Part shown: positions 9,282 to 16,925 of the stretch, piece by piece
Layout of the letters: each line of letters opens with the position of its first letter
Numbering within the stretch: position 1 is the stretch's first letter
DNA from: an uncultured Bacteroidota bacterium
GTDB taxonomy: Bacteria > CLD3 > SB21
Assembly (NCBI GenBank): GCA_964415295.1
Contig: CAYPYN010000003.1
Span: 294,417 to 358,416, forward strand
Reading direction: 5' to 3'
DNA: 64,000 bases
Program-made: the position numbers and the translations under genes
Notes under the pieces: model-generated
Database searches by the model: none
What the model was told of the DNA's origin: nothing
The model's input: the letters and a program-made list of their open reading frames with translations, nothing else

Positions 9282-9823
9282 CCCCAAAATATAAAAATCG
9301 TCAGTATGTGAAGAAATGCCAGCAAACAAAAAAGCAAGGTAATGGGAAGATGCACCAACCTCCATTTTTTCATTAACTCAAAAGTGACGGCATTCAGAAA
9401 CACGCTTTTTCCCGTTTCCTGGGTCCCTGTGGATTCAAGTATCGTCTGAGAGCGCTTGAGCAGATATTTCCCCGTCAGGCCGCTTACAACAGCCATCACC
9501 ATGGCCGCCAGACCATACCAAGGAAGCCAGGCGTTGAAATGAATACCGCCATGGACCAGGATCATCAGGGAACCCGACCACGCGAGAAATTCATGCCAAC
9601 CCAGCAGGGTTTTATGAGAGCCTTTTGAGATGAAGTTGTACTTGCGAAGAGAATAAGCAAAGGATGCGAGAATGAATAGCGCTCCGGATATTCCAAAATA
9701 GCGTCCTATCCAGGCATAACCTAAAACATGAAGAATCCAATCAACCAGAATGGCGCCTCCGATCAATGCACCAAATAGGATCGTAAGAGGCAGGATATCT
9801 TTGAATAATAGAGTATGCTTCAT
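9272..9823 (-). CDS. His-rich 4-TM integral membrane protein, 183 aa; paralog of 7497..8375.
   Basis: Four hydrophobic helices with conserved His (ILHVLGY, GWHEFLAW, LVHGGIHF, LVHLP..FLHIL). Confidence 0.6.
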   Translation of the reverse strand: MKHTLLFKDILPLTILFGALIGGAILVDWILHVLGYAWIGRYFGISGALFILASFAYSLRKYNFISKGSHKTLLGWHEFLAWSGSLMILVHGGIHFNAWLPWYGLAAMVMAVVSGLTGKYLLKRSQTILESTGTQETGKSVFLNAVTFELMKKWRLVHLPITLLFCLLAFLHILTIFIFWGWR

Positions 9824-9835
9824 TTTAACTACTCG

Positions 9836-11158
9836 TTAGAACACTCTTTCTTTCTGCATGAATTCTATTCCGATCTTTTTAAGGAAGGGTGTCGGTAATT
9901 CGCCGCCCGCAAAAACAAACACAAAATCGTTTTCGATCTCCTTGTCGCCATCCGTTGTTTGGATGATTACAGACTTTTCTTTGATTTCCTTGGTAGTCGA
10001 ATTATAAAAGATCTTGATCAGGCCGTTGGCTTCGGCCTCTTTGATGCGATCCTGATTTTTTTGTTTGGCTTTTGGAAAGGCATCTCCCGTGTTAACCAGA
10101 GAAACGACTGTGCCCTTTTGTTTGGAAAGGCCGACGGCCGCTTCCACGCCGGCGTCACCGGCTCCGACGACCAGGAGCTTGCCGTTCTCATATTTGCCGG
10201 CATCGATTAACTGGTAAGTGACTTTTGAGGTATTTTCACCGGGCACGTTTAGTTTTCGTGGAGTACCGCGCCTTCCTAATGCGAGTACGAGATTATTGGC
10301 AAGAAATTCGGCTCCGGAGGCTGTTTGTATGCGGAGGTGTCCGTTTTCCCGAGTAACGTTTTCGAGTTTCTGATTGCATTGAACGCTCAACCCGGTCTTT
10401 ATGATGATATGATTCCACAATTCCAATAATTCTTCCTTACTCAATTCCTTCTTACGCATCCATCCGTATTTCGGGATTTCAACCGGCACCGTCATCACCA
10501 GTTTCTGGCGGGGATAACTTAGTATAGCTCCTCCGGGCGTATCTTCTTTTTCGATCAGGATGTAATTGAGTTCATTCTCGATCGCTCTGAGTCCGGCGCT
10601 GAGTCCGGCGGCTCCTGCACCTACGATGGCGACGTCGTATACGCCCGCGGTTCGTTTCGAAGCCTGGTATCGGGCCTTTTCCGAGATCGCATCGATCACA
10701 TGTTTCCCCTGGAAGATCGCATTGCGGAGAAGGGCCATACCGCCGAGTTCGCCGATCAGATAGACATTCGGGATATTGGATTCATACGTCTCATCAAGCA
10801 GAGGTATTTCAGCGACCGATTTGGTGGGATTCAGCACGATCTTGATTCCGGAGACCGGACAGGCTTCGGCGCAAATGCCGTGGCCAACGCATTTGGCCGG
10901 CAGCACAAGTTCTGCAACGCCGTCGATCAGTCCGAGAGCGCCTTCCGGGCAAGCGATCACACAGGATGAACAACCAATGCACAAAGACTGGTCCACACGC
11001 GGATGCTGCGCAACCGGTTTGTCTTTGCCCAAGGCTATGGCCTGATCGCGCTTCTTTTGCTGTTTCTTACTGCTCCGGCGCACGATGACGACATACGGAA
11101 CAAAAATGATTAATAGCAGTCCAACGGACAGCAGCAGCGTCCACAGCGATTCGTTCAT
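9836..11158 (-). CDS. Membrane-anchored 2x[4Fe-4S] ferredoxin domain fused to a TrxR-like FAD/NAD(P)H oxidoreductase (FNR-like flavoprotein).
   Basis: N-terminal TM helix. CIGCSSCVIACP and CVGHGICAEACP cluster motifs. GxGxxG dinucleotide folds VAIVGAGAAGLSAG and LLVVGAGDAGVEAA. No CxxC redox disulfide. Confidence 0.8.
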   Translation of the reverse strand: MNESLWTLLLSVGLLLIIFVPYVVIVRRSSKKQQKKRDQAIALGKDKPVAQHPRVDQSLCIGCSSCVIACPEGALGLIDGVAELVLPAKCVGHGICAEACPVSGIKIVLNPTKSVAEIPLLDETYESNIPNVYLIGELGGMALLRNAIFQGKHVIDAISEKARYQASKRTAGVYDVAIVGAGAAGLSAGLRAIENELNYILIEKEDTPGGAILSYPRQKLVMTVPVEIPKYGWMRKKELSKEELLELWNHIIIKTGLSVQCNQKLENVTRENGHLRIQTASGAEFLANNLVLALGRRGTPRKLNVPGENTSKVTYQLIDAGKYENGKLLVVGAGDAGVEAAVGLSKQKGTVVSLVNTGDAFPKAKQKNQDRIKEAEANGLIKIFYNSTTKEIKEKSVIIQTTDGDKEIENDFVFVFAGGELPTPFLKKIGIEFMQKERVF

Positions 11159-11254
11159 AATTTCACCTCAGTAAAATATACGCCGTATCACAGAGGGAAT
11201 CATGACGAAAGTCATTTATTAAGAAAATTTAATATAGGGAAAGAGGGGATGGCG

Positions 11255-11677
11255 CTATTCCGGCTTGTAGGTCTTTATCATGACAAGATGGATCGTCACG
11301 GCGACGGCAATAGCGACGAGCAGCGCACCGACGTACCAGGGCATAGAGGTAGAAAAAATGGAAATCGTGATCGTAACCCACAAAACAAAAATCGAAGTGA
11401 TCTTGACTGAAAGAGGAGTTCCGCGGTTCTCTTTGTAGTCTTTGATTAAACGGCCGAAGTAGCGGTTGTGCAGTAACCAATGGTAGAATCGGGGCGAACT
11501 GTGCGCGTAACATGTCGCCGCCAGAAGCAGAAAGACCGTGGTGGGCATAAGCGGAAGGATAGCTCCGATAATTCCCAGTCCGACGAAGATGTGCCCCGAG
11601 AAAATGAGAAAGGTCCGGCTCAGCCGGCTCATTTCTTTATCTTCCGTTTTCTTATCTTCTTTGGAATAGTTCGTCAT
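11255..11677 (-). CDS. YbaN/DUF454 family inner-membrane protein.
   Basis: Small 2-TM protein with GHIFVGLGIIGAILPLMPTTVFLLLAA, typical of DUF454. Confidence 0.65.
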   Translation of the reverse strand: MTNYSKEDKKTEDKEMSRLSRTFLIFSGHIFVGLGIIGAILPLMPTTVFLLLAATCYAHSSPRFYHWLLHNRYFGRLIKDYKENRGTPLSVKITSIFVLWVTITISIFSTSMPWYVGALLVAIAVAVTIHLVMIKTYKPE

Positions 11678-12675
11678 CTTTTTCCCTGAATGAATTCACA
11701 CGCCAATTCTACGTCGTATTTACTGCCGATAATAAGAGGTACCCGTTGATGAAGATCGGTGGGTTCGATGTCAAGAATGCGTTTGCGTCCCGTGGAAGCC
11801 ATGCCGCCGGCATGTTCGATCAGCATGGCCAGAGGATTGCCCTCGTAGAGCAGCCTCAACTTCCCATTGGGATTGGATTTATCCTCCGGGTAGAGAAAGA
11901 TTCCGCCATACAATAAATTGCGGTGAAAATCGGCCACCAGCGATCCGATATAGCGGGACGAATAGGGGCGTTTGTCTTCTTTATTATCTTCCTTGAGGAA
12001 ATCGATGTATCTGCGCACGCCCTCCGGCCATTTATTGGTGTTACCTTCGTTGATGCTGTATATTTTGCCGCGTTCCGGCGTACGGATATTCTCGTGGGAA
12101 AGGACGAATTCGCCCAAACTCGGATCGAGCGTGAATCCGTGAACCCCTTGTCCGGCGGTATAGACAAACATGGTACTGGAGCCGTAGATGATATAACCGG
12201 CGGCCACCTGCTGAATGCCGCGCTGTTTGCACATATCGGTTTCACTGACATTGGCATTGGGATATTTTCTAAGGATGGAGAAAATTGTTCCCACGCTCAC
12301 ATTGGCATCGATGTTGGAGGATCCGTCCAGCGGATCGAAATTGATAATGTATTTTCCACCGGGGATCGTATCTTTCAGACTCAGCGGATGTTCCATCTCT
12401 TCCGATCCCAGCATGTAAATCTCCCCTCGTCCGCCGGAAATGATATTGACCAGAGTATCATGAGAGAAGATATCGAGTTTTTTGACCGCTTCGCCGTGTA
12501 CGTTTTCCGTTCCTGTCATGCCCAGGACGTCCACCAGCCCCGCCCGGTTCACTTCGTGCGCAATGATCTTTCCGGCCAACGCGATGTCGGTCAGAAGACC
12601 GGATAATTCGCCCGTAGCCTCGGGATGCTTTCTCTCCATGTCAATGATATGGCGATCGATGGTTTTAAAACTCAT
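11674..12675 (-). CDS. fbp: Fructose-1,6-bisphosphatase class I.
   Basis: Length and motifs of class I FBPase (e.g. GSSTMFVYT, EGNPLAMLIEHAGG). Confidence 0.9.
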   Translation of the reverse strand: MSFKTIDRHIIDMERKHPEATGELSGLLTDIALAGKIIAHEVNRAGLVDVLGMTGTENVHGEAVKKLDIFSHDTLVNIISGGRGEIYMLGSEEMEHPLSLKDTIPGGKYIINFDPLDGSSNIDANVSVGTIFSILRKYPNANVSETDMCKQRGIQQVAAGYIIYGSSTMFVYTAGQGVHGFTLDPSLGEFVLSHENIRTPERGKIYSINEGNTNKWPEGVRRYIDFLKEDNKEDKRPYSSRYIGSLVADFHRNLLYGGIFLYPEDKSNPNGKLRLLYEGNPLAMLIEHAGGMASTGRKRILDIEPTDLHQRVPLIIGSKYDVELACEFIQGKR

Positions 12676-12757
12676 GAGAATACCTGCTCTTTCTATACGT
12701 TCTGCCGGAACGCATGAAGTGATGAGTGAACCGGATGTAAGTGGAATTTATGTTGAA

Positions 12758-13666
12758 TCAGTAACCCTGAGCGGAACCGCCTTTACCGCCGACGATCTTT
12801 ACGCTGGCGCTCGCGCCGATGCGCGTGGCGCCGGATTCCAGCATCTGCACGACGTCTTCGTACGTGCGAACTCCGCCCGATGCTTTTACACCGAGCTGAG
12901 AGCCCACGACTTTGCGCATGAGCGCAATGTCGGCCGCCGTAGCGCCGCCTTTGTTAAATCCGGTGGACGTTTTGACGTACGCCGCACCGGCCTCCTTGGC
13001 CAGTATGCAAGCTTTCACCTTTTCTTCATCCGTCAGAAGGCAGGTCTCAATGATGACCTTGACCGGACGCCGGCCAGCATGACGGACGACGTCCTGGATA
13101 TCGCGTTTGACCAGATCGTACTCGCGTGATTTCAGCCAGCCGACATTGATCACCATATCGATCTCCTGCGCGCCGTGGGAAACGGCGGCCTGCGTCTCAA
13201 GCGCCTTCGCCTGCGTACTGGTTGCGCCGAGGGGGAAACCGACAACGGTACAAACGAGGACGCCGCTCTTCTGTAATTTCTGAGCACACCGCTTGACCCA
13301 GCAGGGATTGACGCAGACGGAAGCGAAACAATAAGTTCTCGCCTCCTCGCATAACTGGTCGATCTCCTGGCGCGTCGCTTCGGGTTTGAGCAGGGTATGG
13401 TCGATCATTCGTGCGATCTGTTGTTTGGCCGGGCTGATGCCGAGGCTGGAGGATATGCGGCACGCACCGCATTCGATCATCTGATCGGCCACCTCAGGAT
13501 GTTTGGCCACGATGCAGTGGCAACTGCCCGATCGTTTGCACTCGGATACGTTGCACGTCTCGCAAGTGGTTGCGTCGAACGTCGTTTGTATGGCCGCGGC
13601 AGTCTTGAGATCGGCAATGATTTTCTCGATCTGTTCGGTAAGCATCCGGTCGGTGTTTGAGCTCAT
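12758..13666 (-). CDS. deoC: Deoxyribose-phosphate aldolase with a ~85-aa Cys-rich N-terminal extension (the alternative start at 13408 would give the canonical ~220 aa enzyme).
   Basis: C-terminal core matches DeoC ([46 protein letters not shown]). N-terminal [17 protein letters not shown]...ECGAC block in the same open frame. Confidence 0.8.
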   Translation of the reverse strand: MSSNTDRMLTEQIEKIIADLKTAAAIQTTFDATTCETCNVSECKRSGSCHCIVAKHPEVADQMIECGACRISSSLGISPAKQQIARMIDHTLLKPEATRQEIDQLCEEARTYCFASVCVNPCWVKRCAQKLQKSGVLVCTVVGFPLGATSTQAKALETQAAVSHGAQEIDMVINVGWLKSREYDLVKRDIQDVVRHAGRRPVKVIIETCLLTDEEKVKACILAKEAGAAYVKTSTGFNKGGATAADIALMRKVVGSQLGVKASGGVRTYEDVVQMLESGATRIGASASVKIVGGKGGSAQGY

Positions 13667-13676
13667 AGGGTATTAT

Positions 13677-14705
13677 TCAATTAAAATGTTGTCTGAGGTT
13701 ACTGATCGTATAGTCGATATCGTCCATGGACAGATCGAGATGCGTGACGAAACGTATCTTTACGTCACTGAACGGAATGGCCAGAATTCCCAATTGATCG
13801 AGTTTATGGATAACGTCGTACGACGTTCCGCTTTTGACGTTGAAGATCACGATATTCGTCTGCACCGTGGCAAGGTCGATGTGAAACGATTTCATTTCGG
13901 CCACGGCCTCGGCCAGTTTTCTGGCCTTCTTATGGTCTTCAATCAGTTTATCTACATTGTGCCGCAGAGCGTATAGACCTGCCGCGGCGAGAATACCGAC
14001 TTGCCGCATGCCGCCGCCGTACGCTTTACGGAAATAGCGCGCTTTGTCGATGAACGATTTGGTCCCGACCAGTACCGATCCCACCGGCGCTCCAAGTCCT
14101 TTGGAAAGGCAGATGGAGATAGAATCAAAATATTCCCCGTATTCCACGGGCTTTATATTGGTGGCTACACAGGCATTCATGATACGCGCGCCGTCGAGAT
14201 GAAGCGGTATCTTTCTTCGTCGGGCCACATCGCAGATCTTTTTTATTTCGTCCAGGGGGTAGATCGTGCCGCCGGCCCGGTTGTGCGTATTTTCCAGTGC
14301 AATAAGGCCCGTCGGCGCGGCGTGAATGTCATCGACATGGTTTATGGAACGCTCGATCTGTTCCGCCGTGAGCACGCCGCCGACGCCCGGCAGAATCTTG
14401 GTGATCACGCCGGATAACATACCCGCGGCGCCGGCCTCGTATTTGAAAATATGGGCGTCGGCTTCCAGAATGATCTCATTGCCGGGCTGGGTGTGTGTTT
14501 TGACGGCCAGCTGATTACCCATCGTACCGCTCGGAACGAACAGGGCTGCTTCTTTGTTGAACATCAGGGCTACGGCCTGCTGGAGTTCATTGACGGTCGG
14601 GTCTTCACCGAAGACATCATCGCCAACTTCTGCAGCCGCCATCGCCGCTCGCATTTCCGGCGAGGGTTTTGTCACCGTATCGCTTCGGAGGTCTATCTTT
14701 CTCAT
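13677..14705 (-). CDS. ltaE: Low-specificity L-threonine aldolase (PLP-dependent).
   Basis: N-terminal [11 protein letters not shown] and GTMGNQ motifs typical of threonine aldolase. Confidence 0.85.
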   Translation of the reverse strand: MRKIDLRSDTVTKPSPEMRAAMAAAEVGDDVFGEDPTVNELQQAVALMFNKEAALFVPSGTMGNQLAVKTHTQPGNEIILEADAHIFKYEAGAAGMLSGVITKILPGVGGVLTAEQIERSINHVDDIHAAPTGLIALENTHNRAGGTIYPLDEIKKICDVARRRKIPLHLDGARIMNACVATNIKPVEYGEYFDSISICLSKGLGAPVGSVLVGTKSFIDKARYFRKAYGGGMRQVGILAAAGLYALRHNVDKLIEDHKKARKLAEAVAEMKSFHIDLATVQTNIVIFNVKSGTSYDVIHKLDQLGILAIPFSDVKIRFVTHLDLSMDDIDYTISNLRQHFN

Positions 14706-14923
14706 GGCCAGTGTTCGTTACATTCAGAACAAACTTAATCGTTTGTGGCTTCTATTTCAACGAAAATTTAGCTTTTATCTTAGGACTGAATTGTTCAAAT
14801 TCATCTTGAAATGATTTTGTCGCAAAGCACGCAAAGAACCTTAAGCCACGGATCATGGTATCAGAAAAGAATCAATAATCTCTGCGTTCTTAGCGTCCTT
14901 TGCAGTTGAGAATTCTATTTAAT

Positions 14924-15541
14924 ATGAATATGAAAAATATCATAATTGGCCTCACCGGCGGCATCGGCTGCGGTAAAACGGAAGCGGCGCGCATTTTTGA
15001 AAAGCTCGGAGCCAAGGTCATTGATGCGGATGCGATCGGCAAAGAGGTGGTCGAGACTCGGCCGGAGGTGCTGCACGATATCGTCAACGCATTCGGAACA
15101 CAGTTTGTTGATGACAACGGTACTCTGAAAAGAAAGGAACTGGGCAGCTTTGTGTTTCAGGATGAGCAAAGGAAGAAACAACTTAATGCCATTGTGCATC
15201 CTCATTTATGGAAAGAGGTTCTCCGACGTATCGAAACAGCGCGAAAAGAAGGATATGCCCTGATCATTGTAGATGCCGCGCTGATATACGAGACGGGACT
15301 TGATAAGCATTTTCTCAAAGTGATCGTGGTAAGCGCGCCGTTGGAACAGCGTATCACACGCATCCGTGCGCGCGACGGACTGACGGAAGATGAGATACGC
15401 CATCGGTTTGAGGCTCAAATGCCTCTCGAAGACAAAGTGAAACGCGCGGACTTCGTCATCGAAAACGACGGTTCATTGGAAGCTCTGAAGGCTTCCGCAT
15501 TAAGAGTGTTTGAAGGGCTGAAACAAGATAACCTTGCTTAA
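14924..15541 (+). CDS. coaE: Dephospho-CoA kinase. The ORF track starts it at 14900; the Met at 14924 or 14930 is more likely.
   Basis: IIGLTGGIGCGKT P-loop and overall CoaE length. Confidence 0.85.
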   Translation: MNMKNIIIGLTGGIGCGKTEAARIFEKLGAKVIDADAIGKEVVETRPEVLHDIVNAFGTQFVDDNGTLKRKELGSFVFQDEQRKKQLNAIVHPHLWKEVLRRIETARKEGYALIIVDAALIYETGLDKHFLKVIVVSAPLEQRITRIRARDGLTEDEIRHRFEAQMPLEDKVKRADFVIENDGSLEALKASALRVFEGLKQDNLA

Positions 15542-15607
15542 AAAAATTTTATTTTCTACTTTGCCAGACCTTTTTAGTCACTTCTTTACAATAAATTCGG
15601 AGTCAAC

Positions 15608-16915
15608 ATGGAGAGATTCGTCGGCCTTTTGGGTTTGATCGCTATTCTCGGCATCGCGTTCGCGGTTTCCAATAATAAGAAACGGATCAACTGGCGCCTG
15701 GTAGGTATGGGCATGCTCATTCAGGTTGTTTTTGGTATTTTGGTCATCAAGGGCAAAGAGTGGGGGGCGCCGTTCAATTTTCTGGCGATCGCATTTGAAA
15801 AGATCGGCGAGGGATTTGTAGCCATATTGGGTTTCACAACCGCAGGAGCGCAATTTGTCTTCGGTAACCTGGCCATAAGTCCTGGCGGGAACGGCAGTCT
15901 CGGGTTCTTCTTTGTATTTCAGGTTCTTCCGACCATTATTTTCTTCTCGTCGTTGATGTCCCTGCTTTATTACCTGGGCGTCATGCAAAAAGTGGTGCAG
16001 GGTATGGCGTGGGTCATGTCCAAACTCATGGGTACCAGCGGCGCCGAGTCGCTCTCCAATACGGCCAATATCTTTGTCGGCCAAACGGAGGCGCCTTTGA
16101 TGATCCGGCCGTTTATTAAGACGCTCACACAGTCGGAATTGCTCACTATTATGGTGGGAGGAATGGCGACGATCGCGGGAGGCGTCATGGCCGCCTATAT
16201 ACAGATGTTGGGCAAAGCTTACTCCGATACTTACGGCGTATCTCTCGAACAAGGACAGGTGATGTTCGCGACGCAGTTGCTTGGCGCCAGCATTATGGCC
16301 GCTCCGGCGGGTATGGCCATTTCCAAGATCATGTTCCCGGAGGTCGACGAACCGGTGACCAAAGGTAACGTCAAGGTTCAGGTAGAAAAAAATGCGTCCA
16401 ATGTGATCGAGGCCGCGGCCGGCGGTGCGGCGGACGGCCTGCAGTTAGCACTAAACGTTGCCGGAATGCTGCTCGCTTTCATTGCACTCATAGCGCTCTT
16501 CAATTCACTTTTTGGTATCGTTGGCGGCTGGGTCGGTGTTGAGAATTTATCGTTGCAGAATTTACTGGGCTATCTCTTTGCCCCGGTCGCATTTGTCAGT
16601 GGCGTGCCGTGGAGTGAAGCTCAGGAGGTCGGACGTTTGCTCGGAACGAAGATTGTTCTCAATGAGTTCGTCGCTTATTCGGATATGGCCGGACTCATAC
16701 AAAGCCAGGCGATCCAGCATCCCAAATCGATCCTGATTGCCACGTTTGCGCTGTGCGGTTTCGCCAATTTTTCCTCCATTGCCATCCAGATCGGAGGCAT
16801 ATCACCCCTGGCTCCGGAACGCAGGAAGGATATTGCGGCCCTGGGACTTCGGGCGGTTCTCGGCGGTGCGCTCGCCACTTTGATGGCGGGTACGATCGCC
16901 GGCATACTGCTATAA
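15608..16915 (+). CDS. Concentrative nucleoside transporter (NupC/CNT family).
   Basis: 435 aa, polytopic; conserved CNT C-terminal region (GTKIVLNEFVAY, FALCGFANFSSIAIQIGG). Confidence 0.8.
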   Translation: MERFVGLLGLIAILGIAFAVSNNKKRINWRLVGMGMLIQVVFGILVIKGKEWGAPFNFLAIAFEKIGEGFVAILGFTTAGAQFVFGNLAISPGGNGSLGFFFVFQVLPTIIFFSSLMSLLYYLGVMQKVVQGMAWVMSKLMGTSGAESLSNTANIFVGQTEAPLMIRPFIKTLTQSELLTIMVGGMATIAGGVMAAYIQMLGKAYSDTYGVSLEQGQVMFATQLLGASIMAAPAGMAISKIMFPEVDEPVTKGNVKVQVEKNASNVIEAAAGGAADGLQLALNVAGMLLAFIALIALFNSLFGIVGGWVGVENLSLQNLLGYLFAPVAFVSGVPWSEAQEVGRLLGTKIVLNEFVAYSDMAGLIQSQAIQHPKSILIATFALCGFANFSSIAIQIGGISPLAPERRKDIAALGLRAVLGGALATLMAGTIAGILL

Positions 16916-16925
16916 TTATTATTAC

